Part shown: piece by piece, positions 27,755 through 41,600 of the stretch
Position numbering within the stretch: the first letter of the stretch is position 1
Layout: the number at the start of each line of letters is the position of its first letter
Assembly: GCA_004431415.1 (NCBI GenBank)
Contig: QPMI01000477.1
Location: forward strand, 620,001-684,000
DNA: 64,000 nucleotides
Direction: 5' to 3'
From: Cyanophora paradoxa CCMP329
Taxonomy: Eukaryota > Plantae > Glaucophyta
The notes under the pieces: generated by a model
The model's database searches: none
The model's input: the letters and a program-made list of their open reading frames with translations, nothing else
Told to the model about the DNA's origin: nothing
Translations under genes and position numbers: made by a program

Positions 27755-30700
27755 CTAGCGCTCCGCCGCGGCGGCGGCCGCGCGGGCGACGGAGCGCAGC
27801 CGCTCCGCCGCCTCCGCCCGCCCCAGCCGCTCCTCCACACCGGCCCTGCAGGCCCCGCCGCCGGTCAGCCACCACCTTTTTAGGGCGGGGATCAAATCTA
27901 GATCGAATTCTAATTCCAAAGGCGCGCGCCAGGCCTCGAAGACGGCGGCGAGGTGCGGGTCAGCGTCCGCCGCCCGCCGGAGGATGCCCCGCGCCCGCTC
28001 CAGCTCCCCACGCCCCGCCTCCACCTGCCGCCAGATCGGATCAGATCAGATCGGATCGGATCGGATCGAATTCTAAAAAGATCGGATCGGATCAGATGGG
28101 ATCTGAGCGGACCTCGCCCCACCAGAGGAGGACCTGGGCGCCCCCCGGGTCGAGCTCCGCCGCCCGCTCGAAGCTCGCCGCCGCCTGCCCCGCGCGCGCG
28201 CGCGTGGGTGAGCTCAGGTGAGCTCGGCCGTGCGCGGCGCCGGCGTGGCGCCGGCTATGGCGGCTGGCTGGCGTGAGGGAGGACGCAGCGAAGCGCGCTA
28301 GCAATGTGCCGGCTAGCGCCAACTAGCGCAGCGCGTCGAGTTCGAGTCCGGAGCGTGAACGGAGGGCGGGGCGGAAGTGGCTAATCGTATGAGCGAGGCG
28401 AAGCTATGCCGGCTGGTGCTGGCGCCGGCGCGTCGAGCTCGAGCTCGAGTTCGGAGCGCAAAACAAAACGGAGGGCGGAGCGGGGCGGGGCGGAAGGGGC
28501 TGGCGCTCCTCCGCCCCGGCCCGGTGCCCCGGCTGAAAATTCGAAGGGGCGGGGCGAGCAGGCGGGCGGGGCGGGGCGGGGCGGGGGGGCCGGGGGCCCG
28601 GGCACCTTGTCGAGGTCGCCGGCGCGTGCCTCGAGGGCCCCGCAGGCCGCCCACGCCGGCGCGCTCCACGGGTCCGCACCCTAGCGGGAGGGCCGCACGC
28701 GTCAGGCGGGCGACGAGAGGTGCTCGAGAAGCCTAGAAGATCCTTGGATACTGTGTGCTCTTTCGCATCCGTAAAGCTTCTAAAATTCGGGTCTCTATCT
28801 AGAGAAACATAGAGGCTTAAGAAACTAAAAAGCTTATAGCAGCCAAAAGCAGCGCGCATTTGTACGCGCTTAATCGTGCAGCAGCTAAAGCATCGTATAG
28901 CACTCTCTAAATCTTCACCTTATATAGCACTCTAGCGCACTCTCCACCTTATATAGCAGCTACAGGACAAGTCTAGTTTTAAGGGCGCACGACGGCGCGG
29001 GCGTAGAGTGCGCCGGCCTCGGCGGCGCGGCCACGGCGCGCCTCCAGGTCCCCCCACGCCCGCCACAGCATCCCCTGCGCATGCGCCCCCAGTCAGGCGC
29101 CGGCGCCCCCAAGTTACGCGGAGCCCCTCAAGAAGAGCTCCGCATAAGATGAGATGGGAGGGGAGGGGGCTTCGCGCGCGCCTGGCCGCGGGCGGGCGCC
29201 CTCCCGAAGTCGCACGCGGCCTCCCCCCCGTCCGCCGCGTCCGCGTCCTCCGCCGGCTCCTCCCCGGCCCCGCCCCGCGCCTGCAGCCCCCGGCCACGCC
29301 GCCCCCGCCCCCGCCCCCGTCAGCCGGCGGCCGGCGATGCTATCGCGAGCTTTAAGCTTTGTCTAGCTCCATGCACGACCTATAGAGAGAGCGGCCCCAC
29401 CGCCCCCGGCGGCCGGCGCGCGGCCCTCAGCTTTGTCTAGCTCCAGGAACGCCTAGATCTACACGCTTTGTGCTAGACAGCTTTGTCTAGCTCCAGGAAC
29501 CCCGGCCCCCCAAAGCGACCGGCCTAGACTTCTAGAAGCGATGGGCCTGAGCTCCGTCCGGAGGCTTGGGGCTTAGGTTTGCTGTGTCGCTAAGCGCTCC
29601 CTTCTTCTCGAGCTTAGATTCTGAGCCGTTTCCCAAGGGGCGGGGGCGGGGGCGGGGGCGCACGGCGGCGGGGTCCCGCTCCGGGGAGGGACCCCCGTCA
29701 GCCGGCGGCCCTCAGCTTTGCCTAGCGAGCTAGCTCCGGGCACGGGAGCGCCGGAGTAGACGTCTAGATCCCTATGTCCCTCAAGCGATCGGCCTAGACT
29801 TCGATCGGCAGCGCCTCGCGAGGCGGGGGCGGGGGCGGGGCCGCACGGCGACTGGGTCCCTCTCGGAGCAGCACGCCGCGGCGCCCTGCACGCGGGCGGG
29901 GCGCCGCCGCCCGGCGGTCAGAGCTGCGAAGCTGACCTGAGCCGCGGAGGGGAGGGGGGGAGCACCTGCGCGAGGACGCGCCGCGCCGCCTCGGCGCCCT
30001 CCTCCCTGCGCCCGGGCGAAGCGAGGCGAGGCGTCGGCGGGGCAGGCGCCTCGCGCGGAGCGGGAGTTCGGATGAAGTGTTAAATCTATGAGGCTTGCTT
30101 CTCAATACGGTCGATCCGGGCGAGGCGGGGCGGGGCGGGGCGAGGCAAGGCGGACGGGGTTCAGCGTTTATGGGCGGGGCGGGGCGGGGCGGGGCGGGCG
30201 GACGGGGCGGGGCGGGGCGAGGCAAGGCGGACGGGGTTCAGCGTTTATGGGCGGGCAGGGCGGGGCGGGGCGGGGGGCCGGGGTGGGGCACATCGGGGCC
30301 TCGGATCAAAAGTTAGATCTATGAGGCTTGCTTTCCTCTGGTGGGCGGGGTGGGGCGTTTTTCTATGTATGCGTTCCGCGAAGGGCGGGGCGGGGCGGGG
30401 CGGGGCGGGGCGGGGCGGGTGGGGCGTTCCTCTAATTATGCGTTCCGCGAAGGGCGGGCGGGGCGGGGCGGGGCGGACGGGGAGGGGCGGGGCGTTCCTC
30501 TAAGTATGCGTTCCGCGAAGGGCGGGGCGGGGCGGGGCGGGGCGGACGGGGAGGGGGCGACGAGCTCCTCCATGTTGGCCCAGGAGAGCCACACGAAGAC
30601 GTCCGACGCCCGCAGCCCCGCCGCCCGCTCGAAGCACTGCCGCGCAGCTTGAGCTTGACGTCGAAGTCCGAGCTTGGAACGGGTCGGGTCGGGGGGGCGG

Positions 30701-33700
30701 ACGCGGTGGGCGGCGAAGTCTAAGCCTAAGAAGCTTAAGCTATGACTATGAAGCTTAAAATCGAAGTCCGATAAGCTTGGGATGGGTGGGAGGAGGGGGG
30801 GCGGGGCGGACGCGGCGGGCGGCGGGGAAGTGCTTAGAATGGCGCCTAAGCCTTAGCCTAAGCGCCTAAGCGTCTGGGTCGGGTCGGAGGAGGATGGGGG
30901 GACGGGTCGGAGGAGGATGGGGGGACGGGTCGGCGGCGAAGTCTAAGCTTAAGAAGCTTCAGCTATGACTACGAAGCTTATATAAGATCCAGGTCTAAGC
31001 TTAGAACGGGTCGGCGGGTCGGGAGGGCGGACGCGGCGGGCGGCGGGGAAGTTGCGGTCGGAGCGCTCCAGCAGCGCCAGCGCGTACCTGGCGTCGGGAG
31101 GGGGCGGGGATGGCTAAGGTGGGAGGGGGAGGGGTGGAGGAGGGGCACCAGATGGCGCCGGCGGGGGGCCCCGTGCAGCGCTTCGCCCCCTCCTCCAGCA
31201 GCTGCGCGAAAAAACAAATCAGGGAAAAAAAGGGGAGGAGGGGGGTATCGGACCCTGCGGCCGGCCTCGACGCCCGCCGCGGATCGCTCCATGAGGCCCC
31301 ACGCCCTGCGGGGCGGGGCGGGGCTCAGGCAGGAGGAAAAGCAAAGCGAGCGCGGCGCGTCTCGGGCGCACCTGTAGATGTCGGCGAGGACGGGGCCGGC
31401 GGCGAGGGCCACGCCCCTCGAGAAGGCCTCCCGCGCCCTGCGAGGGAGAGGAAGGGGGGGGGGGGGGGGGGGGGCCGCGCCGGTGAGCGGGGCGGGCCGG
31501 GCTCAGGTGTGCCGCGCATCACTATCCATCCGTCCATCCATCCATCCCTAACGGGGGGGGGGGGCGGGCGCGGGCGCACTCGGGGAAGGCCCGGCGGCGC
31601 TGCTCGAGGAGGCCGAGGGCGAGGTGCGCGGCCCCCGTGCGGTCGAGCCCCGCCGCCCGCACCAGCAGCCGCCGCGCCTCCGCCACCTCCCCGCCCCGCG
31701 CCTCCGCCGCGCCCCACGCGCTCCTGCGGCGCCGGTCGACTCGAGGGCGTACTGTCCCAAGGACACGGCCCGGGCGCCGGCGGGCTAGATGTTGAGCTCT
31801 AAATAGCGTGGCAGGGCTGGATCTAGAGAGATAAAAGCCAGGGGGCTAGGAACCAGGCCGCGCCAGCCCCCTAGCGCCTAAAAAGCTACAAGCTCTGGGG
31901 CCGCGGGCGGGCCCAAAAAGCAACAAGGGCAGGGCTGAATCTAGAGCGATCTAGAGCGGGACCCAGAGGTCAGGGGCGGACAAGCCGCGCCAGCCCCCTA
32001 GCGCCCGAAAGGCTATAAATAGGCTCTGGGGCCGCGGGCGGGCGCGCGCACCAGACGCGGGCGTCCAAGAGTTCCGGGGCTAAAGGCTAAAGGCTCCGGG
32101 GCGAAAGGCTAAAGGCCAAAAAGGCTAAAGGAGAACCAGGGGACCTAGGGGACAACTGGTCGAGAGCGGGTGATCTAGCCAGGGACGCGCGGAAGGCCTA
32201 AGGCCCGGGGCCGCGCGGGGGCTAGGGAGGAAGGACAGGGACGGACAAGCCGCGCCATAGGGTCTGGAGACGCGGGCGGGCGCGCGCACCAGACGCGGGC
32301 GTCCGGAGGGATAGTCTAAGGTGGCTTAGGTGTGGCGGTAGAGTCAAGGCTAGGCTGTGCCCGGCACGCATGGCCTGGCACGCGTTGCGGTGTCCTTGAT
32401 CAACCTTAACCGCCTCCTTTATCGCTGGGAAGGGTCTAGAGCGCCCTAGGGTCTAGAAGGGCCGCGGCGGGCGGGCGCACCAGACGCGGGCGTCCTGGGG
32501 GTCGGCGCGCGCCGCCAGCTCGAAGCTCCGCCGCGCCTCCGCCGCCTCCCCCCGCGAGCTCTGCCGCCGCGCCCGTCAGACCGGCAGGAGGAAGCGCTGC
32601 GTCGCCTCTGACAACTGAAGACGCGCTCGCTCGCTGAAGAGTCCAACAGCTTCGCCTGACAGTCTTTATTAGACTTTCTACTAATATCACTTGCAATTGC
32701 GTCATTAGATTCGGGCTCGCTCGCTCGCCTGGAGGACGCGGAGGGACTGCAGCCTCACGGTTTCATGGTTTTTAAGGCCTAACAGTTTATGCAGTTTAGA
32801 CTACTGGTTCTAAGCAGTCTCACGGTTTTATGGGTTTACGGTTTTATGACAGGGCCTGTCGCCTCTAACAGACTAGGGCCTCGAAGGGAGAGCCGCGTCG
32901 CCTCTAACAGCTCTGGAGCAGTCTTAAGGCCTTAAACTCGCCTCTAGTAGACTCGCCTCCAACAATTTAAGACAGATAGGGTCTGTCGCCTCTTATAACA
33001 GCCTTGAATAGAATAGAATTGAACTCGCCTGGAGGACGCCGAGGGCCTGGTAGAGGCAGGCGGCGCGCCGGGGCGGGTCCCGCCCCTCCCCGGGCTCTGG
33101 CACCGCCGCCGAGGGCGGGGCCGCCGACGAGGACGGCCCCGCCTCCGCTGCCTCCGACGCCGCCGCCGCCGCCGCCGCCGCGGTGGGGCCCTGACGCCCC
33201 TGGTCAGACACCGAACGAGCAACAAGAAGAAGCCGAATGAGGAAGACGTGGAATAGGGGACGTGGAAGCTTTCTAATCGTCTTAACTCTAATCTTTTAAG
33301 AACGGACCAGGGGGCGAGGGAAAGGGGAAAGGGGAAGGGGGGGGAGTGATCGTCCTACATCTAATCGTTTAATCTAATCCAAGCTTTCTAATTATAATCG
33401 ATGCGAGGCGAGGGAGGGAATCCAAAGGGGCGGACGAGGAGGGCGCGGATGCCGCGGAGGAGAGAGAGAGCGAGAGAGAGAGCGCGCGCTTGCAAACCCG
33501 TAGGGAAAGGAAGGGAAACGGAAAAGGAAGGGAGGGAGGGATGCCGCGGACTAACAGCCGAATAGTTTCGTCGAGTCGTCTTTAAGCTTAAGCCTTTGAA
33601 TCTAGCCTTGAATCCCGCCTTTGGACGAACGAACCAGGAGGGCGCGGATGCCGCGGAGGAGGATGGCGCGGGCCCCGTCGGGGTTCCCCACCCGCTGCTC

Positions 33701-36700
33701 CATCAGGCCCCAGCTCTGCCACACGTACCCCTGCGCACCGGACAGGATGAGCTCCGACCTCTAGGGATCCGGAGAGGGGCGGGGCGGGGCGGGGCTTTGG
33801 GGCTTTGGGGGGGGGGGGGGGGGGGGGGGGGGAAGGGCTTCGGGGCGGGGCGGGGCGGACGTTGGAGGGCTTCTTAAGCTTCTTAGAGAACTAGCAAGAG
33901 CCAGGCTCTAGGGGCGGGCTTTGGGTGCGGGGCTTTGGGGGCGGGCTCTGGGGCGGGGCGGGGCGGGGCGGGGCGGGCGGGGCTGGGCTTTGGGGGCGGG
34001 GCTCTGGGGGCGGGGCGGGGCGGACGTTGGAGGGCTCGGCGGATGCGGCCTTCTCGTAGAGGCGCCGCGCCCGCTTCAGGTTCCCCAGCTTCTGCTCAGA
34101 TCAGATCAGATCAGATCGGGAGGGGGGAAGGGGTCCCAGCCCCTCTATATTTAAAGGAGGCCGCCCTCGAAAACATTCGCGCGCCTGCTCGCAGTTGGCC
34201 CAAGACGAGGACAGCCTCTAGGGCCTTAGGGAGGCCTTTTAGACTCTAGCCCTCGAGCGACCCGCGTCTTCAGCAGCCCCCCCAGGGCCCTCGGGAAGGT
34301 CTCGCGCGCCTGCTCGCAGTTGGCCCAGGCGTGGAGGACGCCGGCGGCCGTCCCGCTGTGCTTCCGCGTCCCGCCCCCCGCCACTTGCTCCAGCGCCTGC
34401 GCCCGCCCCGCGTCGGGTCTGGTCGGGTCGGGTCGTGCGAGAGGCGGGCGGATCGAATTTAGATAGGCGCTAGCTAGCCGGGATGGCTCCAATTAAGGAT
34501 CGCGCGGGAGGCGGGCGGGGGATCTGGGCGCCGCTAGGCTAGGCGGGCGGGGGATCTAGATCTAGGAAGAAGGATTAAGGAAGATATCAGATCCGATAGG
34601 ATCAGATCAGATCTGACCTCGCGGAAGAGGCGGCGGCCGGCGGGGGCGTCGTTGGCGGCGAACTCGAGCAGCGCCAGCGCCTGCTCAGATCAGATCAGAT
34701 CAGATCAGATCAGATCTGAGCGGATCGAATCGGATCGGACCTGCCGGCTCCGCACGTTCTCTGCGCGCGCGCGGGGGGCGCCCCCCGGGGTCAGCCGCCC
34801 CGCCCCGTCCGCCCACCCGGGCCCCCTCTAGACGCCCTCCTCTGGGGAGGCGGGGGGCAGGCGGGCGCACCCCTTCAGCCGCCCCCCTCTAGGGAGGCTG
34901 GCGGGTCCCCAGGCCCAGAACCCGGCCCTCGTTCCCTTTCTTCGTTAAATCTGATCTAGAAGGACAATCTGTAACACTGGAACTCTCTAGAAGAACCCCT
35001 CCAGCCGCCCCCCTCTAGGGAGGCGGGCGGGGGGGGGGGGGGGGGGGGGGGGGGGGCGGGTGGATCACCCGGTGCGACCTCGAGTGCGGCGGCGTAGAGC
35101 TCCGCGCCCGCGCCCCGTTCCCGCACTCCTCCTCCAGCTGCCCGGGCACGTGATCAGACGGCGAGGGCGCGGGAGGGGAAGCGGAGGGCGCGTAGGGGGG
35201 AGAAAGAGGTGGGGCACCTGGGCCCACGCGTTGTGCAGCGCGGCGTACGTCGGGTGCTTCTGCGATCGGTCGGCCGGCGGAGGCCTCAGCGGGGCAAGCT
35301 GAAGAAGGGGGGCGGGGAGGGGAGGAAAGGGGGAAGGGGAGGGGGGGAAGGGAAGGGGGTACGCGCGCACGGCGACGGCCTGGGCGAAGAGGTCGCGCGC
35401 CCGGCGGGGCTCCCCAGGTCCCGCCACACGAGCACCGCGTACGCGCACCTGGGGGTACAGGCGCACATCAGATGGGGGGGAGGTGGGGGGCGGTCGAAGG
35501 TACCAGCAGGCGGGCGGGTTCGCCTGCGTCAGCTGCGGGCCGGGCGGGGGGGAGGGGGGGGGGGGGGCGGGGGGTGTGCGTGAGAGGGGTACCGGGGGGT
35601 TGAGAGGAGGGGGGTACGCGCACAGCCCGAATGAAGATCTCCTGGGCCTTGCGCACGTCGCCCAGGTCACGCTCCGCAAGCGCCCACGCGGACCTCCGGG
35701 GTACGTGAGCCGCAAGACCCCCGGGGTGCGGAGCGGGTTCGAGGGGGGTACCAGATTGCGCCGTGCTCGGGCTCGGCGCGTACGCCTTTTTCGAAGAGGG
35801 ACCGCGCCTCTGCCGCAGCGCCGGCGGAGATTTCAAGCAGGGCCCACGACTGGGAGGGGAGGGGGGTACGCGATCAGCGGCGCGAATGGGGTGCCCGCAG
35901 CGGGACGCGCGCGGCGGGACGCGCGCGGCGGGGGGCGAGGGAGGTACCTGGTAGAGCGCGCCGAGGTTGCCCCTGTTCGCTTCGATGCCCCGCCTGCGCA
36001 GGGCGGCGTGGGCGGCGCGCCGGTTCCTGCAGCCGCGGCGGGGCGGAGGGCGGCGGGGCGGAGCGCGGGCGCACTTGAAACACTCCCTCGCCTCGTCCAG
36101 CCGCCGCTGACGCGTGAGGAAGACACCGAGCGCCTGAGGCGCGCGCGTAAGAGGCGGCAGGCCCCGAAAAGGGAGCGCGGGGCCTCAGGCGGCGCGCCTG
36201 CAGAAGGAAGGGGTTCTTCGGCTGGCGGAAGAGGCCCAACCTGAAGATTCCCTCCGCCTCTTCGAATGCACCGCGCCGCGCCTCGATGCCGCCGAGCTTC
36301 ACGCACGCCTTGGCCCAGCCTGCCGCGGATTAGATCTCACTCGCAGCGCTGCAACGCGTCGCGCCGAGGCCGAACGCACCGAAGTCCGAGCGATCGGATT
36401 CCACGATGCTCCTCAGCGTCTCCACTGCCGTCGTTCGCGGTGGAGGGCTGTCGGAGCGCCTGAGCTTGGCTCCAAACGCGTGCCGTTCCCCCGCGGCGCC
36501 GGCGGCCGGGGCCGCGCCATCGTTTTCCGATGATCGCATTCGAGCTACGACTTCAAAGAGGGGCCGCTGCTGGCCTTCGAATCGCTGCGTGGAGCTGGCG
36601 GAGGACGTGGAACGTGCCGAGGGCCGTTCCAGGGAGACGCCGCGAAGCGAGCACCGGCTCACAGCGCTGCACGCGCGTGAGATGAGAGGACGCGCAGAGA

Positions 36701-36802
36701 GAAGCGGTCGCTTCGAGCGTCTTTTCATACGCACCGCGACCAGCCCAGCGCGCGGGGCGCGGAGCCCGATGCGAGCGGCGGGCCCGCTACGAACGCCGAC
36801 AT
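27755..36802 (-). CDS. Multi-exon plastid-targeted HAT/TPR repeat protein (HCF107/Mbb1-like)
   Basis: Start MSAFVAGPP. Exons encode HAT repeats: [105 protein letters not shown]. Stop at 27755; full exon map not resolved. Confidence 0.78.
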
Positions 36803-36865
36803 CGCGGCCGGCGTGCCGTGCTCGATTGATCTTCGCTGCGGAGGGGTACAGTCTGAAAGGGCGCG

Positions 36866-37667
36866 ATGGCGGACGCGCAGCCCGCCAAGGGCGAGCTGAG
36901 ATACGAGACGAGTGCGCTAGTGCAGCCCGCTGCTTGCGAGAGGGATCCTCACGCACGCGCGCGCCGCAGGGGCGCTCGGCGAGCCGATCAAGCTGCGCGG
37001 CCCCGTGGTCACGGGCTTCCGGCGAGGAAGCAAGATGCTGGGCATTCCGACCGGTGCGGCTCGCCCGCGGTTCGCCCTGCGCGTGCCCACGCGCCGCGCG
37101 CAGCGAACCTGCCCTACGAGTCGTTCAAGGACGTCATTCACGACCAGCAGGCCGGCGTCTACTTCGGATGGGCGAGCGTGAACGGCGGAGAGGTCCTGAA
37201 GACCGTCCTCAGCATCGGCTGGAACCCGTACTTCAAGAACACGCAGAAGACGGTCGTGCGTCGCGCGGGCGCCGCCGCCGCGACGCCGCCCGAGCCGCGC
37301 GCAGGAGCCGTACATAATACACAAGTTTGAGAGCGATTTCTACGGTCAGGAGCTCAAGCTGCTCATCTGCGGCTACCTCAGGCCCGAGGCCGACTTCCCC
37401 AACCTAGGCGCGACCGCCCTGCCCCGCCCCGCCCCGCGCCGCGCCCTAAGCGCCCGGCGCAGAGTCGCTCATCGCGGCAATACACAACGACATCAAGCTG
37501 GGCGAAGAGCACCTCGAAGAGCCGGGGTACCACGTGCGCCCGCGCGCGCCGCCCCTCGAGCTAGAAGCTATCTATCCCCGCGCGCCTCACTCACGCATCG
37601 AAAGGCTTTCAAGGGCGACCCATTCTTCGCGGAGCCTGTCATGGTGATGAGCACGCCCAAGCTATGA
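36866..37667 (+). CDS. RFK: Riboflavin kinase (6 exons)
   Basis: Spliced product LRGPVVTGFRRGSKMLGIPTANL...GVYFGWA...VLSIGWNPYFKNTQKTVEPYIIHKFESDFYGQELKLLICGYLRPEADFPNLESLIAAIHNDI; five 49-71-nt introns. Confidence 0.95.
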
Positions 37668-38201
37668 CGCACCAGCGCGGCCGCGCCCAGTTTGAGATAG
37701 GATAGGCTAGCGGGGTCTAGGACGAGCATTCTTGTTTAAACGAGTCACGATCAGGAAGCGACGCCGGAGCTGACGAGCAGGGCGCGGCGGCCGTGTCATT
37801 GGCAGCGCTATGGGCGGTCGCTTCTCCGATAGGATAGGCCAGGGGCCGGCGCCGGGCCGGGGATCTAAGACGAACGTTCTCCGGGGGCCGATCGCGAGCG
37901 AGCGAGAAGCTTAAGTGGGCGGCCGCTGCCGAGGGCGAGAAATTCAAGATCTAGAGATCTAAAAGTGGGCAGAGCGTAAGCTTCCCTTCTATTCCAGGCC
38001 CGGCTGCTCCTCCTCCTTCGTCATCCCCCCCCCCCCCCCCCCCCTGGCGCCGTTGGAGCAGAGCCCGAGGGCGGAGGGGGCGGAGGGGGAGCTCCTCGCC
38101 AGTCGCTGGTGACGACGGCTGCTCCGGATCCCCTTCTGATCATGATCACCTTCGAGGCTCCCGGCCCCACCAGGCTGCCCCCTCCCCCTTGTCTCCCCGC
38201 T

Positions 38202-38236
<35 letters not shown>

Positions 38237-38621
38237 TCCCAGGGAAGGGCGCGGAGAAGATGGCCTCCTTCCGGAGCTCGAGTCCCGGGAGTCGCCATCG
38301 GCCTTGCATCATATGCATGTGCACCGATCATGACTCAGTGATTTATGATCACATCACAAATTAATGCGGTAAATCATTGAATTCGAATGTACACATGTCA
38401 GTTTCACTTCTTGATCTAGTCGAATAATCGAATAAGTGGGGGGGTGCGGGGGGGCGCTTGCGCCCCCGCTTGCATGAAGCTACAATATTAATAATATAAG
38501 TCTACTAGTACTAGGCAACGCGTATGCGCCGACGCTATACAAACATACAATCGAATAATTATACTATACGATTGCTCGTTCTGATGAGGCTCGGCGAATT
38601 CGAAGAGCTTCAAATATATAA

Positions 38622-41600
38622 CTAGCCGAGCACGAGGGAGCTGGGCCGCCTGGCCTTGACGCCGGGGCCGGCCTCCGGATCCCCGGGGGCGCCGGGCCGC
38701 AGTTCCACGACGTCGACGGACTTGGAGCGCTGGGAGCGGTGCGGGGCCGCACCGATCGCGAGCGAGTCGCCGGCGCCGGCGGTACCGGTCCACGCGGGGC
38801 GCGGCTGGGCGGGGGCGGCCGGCGAGGGCGCCCTGAGCCAGTGGCCGGGGCCGTGCCCGAGGCCGAGGCCGGGCCCCGGCTCCGCGTCGGCGGCGAGGAC
38901 CTCGACGTGCGTCACCTCGTCCCCGCGGGGCGATGTTCAGGGCGAGGGCCGGCGAGTGGCGTCGCGAGGCCGCGCGCAGGGCCTGCTCCCGCCGGAATCT
39001 CAGGCGCCGGATCGCGAAGACCGCGGCGCCGACCGCCAGCAGGCCGACGGCCGCGCAGGCGGCGGCCACGGCGATGGCGAACACGGGCGTCGACGATGTC
39101 GACGTCGACGTCGGCCGGCCGGCCCCTGACGACGAGAGCGAGGGGCGGGGCGGCGGGGCGGCGCCGGCGCCGGCGGCCGGGCCCGCGCCGGCGCCGACGG
39201 CGGCCTTGGCGTCGACGAAGGGCGACGCCGACTCGGCCGAGACCGCCGACGCGGCCTTGACGGGTGCCCCATGAACGAGGGCGCGCCGGCGCCGGCGGCG
39301 GGGCTGAGGACGGCGGCCACGAGGGCCTGTGCGAGGGCGGCCGCGGGCGGCGCGGCGTCCCCGGCGGCGCCGGCGGCGGGCCGAACGCGAAGGCGGCGAC
39401 GACGCTGCCCGGGGCGAAGGAGACGTCCAGGAGAGCGGCGCGGACGGAGGCGGTGTCGAGGCCCCGGCTCGCCGCGACGAGGGCGGCGGCGGCGGCGGCG
39501 GCGCGCTCGCGGAGGGCCGCGAGCCCTCGGGCGAGAGGCCTCCCACGAAGGCCGCGAAGTCCGCGTCCAGGACGATGCGGGCGAGGGCCGAGCCGCCCGG
39601 CAGGCCCGCGACGCCGGCGGCGGGGCCCGGGGCGGCGCAGCGCGGGAAGTCGGGCGCGCCCGACACGCCCAGGACGACGACGCCGCCGGCGAGGGCGTTG
39701 CCGGCGCAGACGGCGTGCTGCTGCAGCGCCGCGGCGAAGGCCATGCCAGTGGCGGCGACGCCGTCGTACAGGGCGACGCGGCCGTCGGGGCGGCGCTCGA
39801 GCTCGAAAGGGGCGCCCCCGGGATCGCGGCGTCGCCGGGGAGCAGGGCGGGCCGCGCCGCGTCGAGGGCGGCGCGCAGCCCCGCCGCCGAGCCGCCCCCG
39901 AAGGCGACGCTGTAGACGCGGGCCGGGTAGGGCACCGGCTGCGACACGGCGAGGGCCGTCACGGGGCGGCCGTGGAGGGCCGACCAGGGCGCGGAGAGGG
40001 CGGCGGCGAGGGCGCGCGCGAAGGTGTGCGCCGGGACGACCGAGGCGGCGGGCGAGAGCTCGTGCTGGAAGGTCAGGACGAGAGTGCCGTTGGGGGCGGC
40101 CCCGGAGAGCATCGCAGCCAGCGCCGCGTGCGAGAGCGACGCAAAGGGCGAGCCGCCCTCGGACGACACCGCGAGGACCTCGGAGGCGAGGGCCGACGCC
40201 TCGAGCTCGGCCGCCGCGAGGGGCGCCCCCGCGAGGGCGACGAGCACGGCGGCCTGCCCGTAGGCGAGGCCCTCGGGCGGGACGCTGGCGACGGCGAGGG
40301 GCGGGACGGAGAGCTCCCACGCGAAGGTCGCGGGGGAGCGCGCGTAGGCGTCCAGCGGGCGGGACGGAACCTGCGCCAGCGCCGCGCGCGCGCGGCGACG
40401 TCGACGTCAGACCGGGGCGGGGCGGCGGGGAGGGAGCCCTGGCCCATGGGGCGGACCTTGAGGCCGACGCGGTAGGCGACTGGCCAGAGGCTGGCGACGA
40501 AGGCGGGGGCCGGCGGGGCGGCGCAGAGGGCGGCGGTGTCGTTGAGGACCGTCGCGGGCGTCTGCAGCGCGGAGGCGGCGCGGGCGGCCGGCGTGCTGCC
40601 GAGCGGCTCGAAGCGGCAGGCGACGCCCGGCTCGCCGGCGGGGAAGCCCTGGCCGAGGACGAGGAGCGCGGGCGCCGCGACCGAGGCGCCCGGCTGGCGG
40701 TTGAAGACGGCCACCGAGGCGGCCGGCACGGCGGCCGCGGCGGTGACGCACGGGGCGAGCTCGGGCGGGGCCAGCACGGAGGGCGCGGGGGCGAGCCCGG
40801 TGGCGATCGCGCCCTCGACGGGCGTACCTGCCGCGGCGGACGCGTCAGGCGCTGCCGCGATCGCGATCGCGAAATTCGAATTTCGCGAAATTCCCGCACC
40901 GCGGCAGACGCAGAGGTCGAGGAGGTGCTGGGCCATCGCCGTCGCCGAGAGGGCGTCGTAGTCGAGCAGGCGGAGCGTGACGTCGCCCCCGGCCGTCGCG
41001 AGGTGCCGCAGGAAGACCGTCGGGCGGGAGACGCCGAACTCGGCGAACTGCGCCCGCAGCGCCGCGCGCAGCGCCGCCTCGAGGGCAGAGGCGGCGGGCG
41101 GCGCGCCGCCGAACGTGAGGACGACGTCGAGCGGCACGGCGTCGGAGATGGTGATGCCCGAGATGGGGAAGCCGAGGAAGCGGGGCGTGGCGGAGCGCGT
41201 CTGGAGCAGCTGGCCCGCGACGTACGAGGCCGGCATGCGGGAGAGGGCGGGCGGGACGGGCCCCAGCGTGAGCATGACGACGGCGCCGGCGCTGCCCGGC
41301 GCGAATTCGGAGTCTCGGATGGAGGCTTCCGCGGTGCTCTTCGGTACGCCGGGGCGCGCCGTCGCCGCCGCGCGGTCCGCCGCTTCTGCGAGCGCCTGCA
41401 GCCGCATGCCCCGCTTCTCCTCGGCGTTCTTGTTGCCGTAGGCGCGCCTGAAGTCGGTCGAGAGGGCAACGTGCACGAAGGTGTGGCCGTAGGGCATCCC
41501 CCTGAGGCGCAGCAGCGGGTTGGTGCCCGCGGCGGCGCACTCGCGCAGCGCCGGCGCCCGCGCCGCCGTGTCGAGGGTCGACGCGCTAATCACGACGAAG

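Noticed and set aside
37989-38333. Poly-C/G tracts and short ORFs
   Set aside because: Homopolymer lengths are unreliable and no coherent gene model could be supported.
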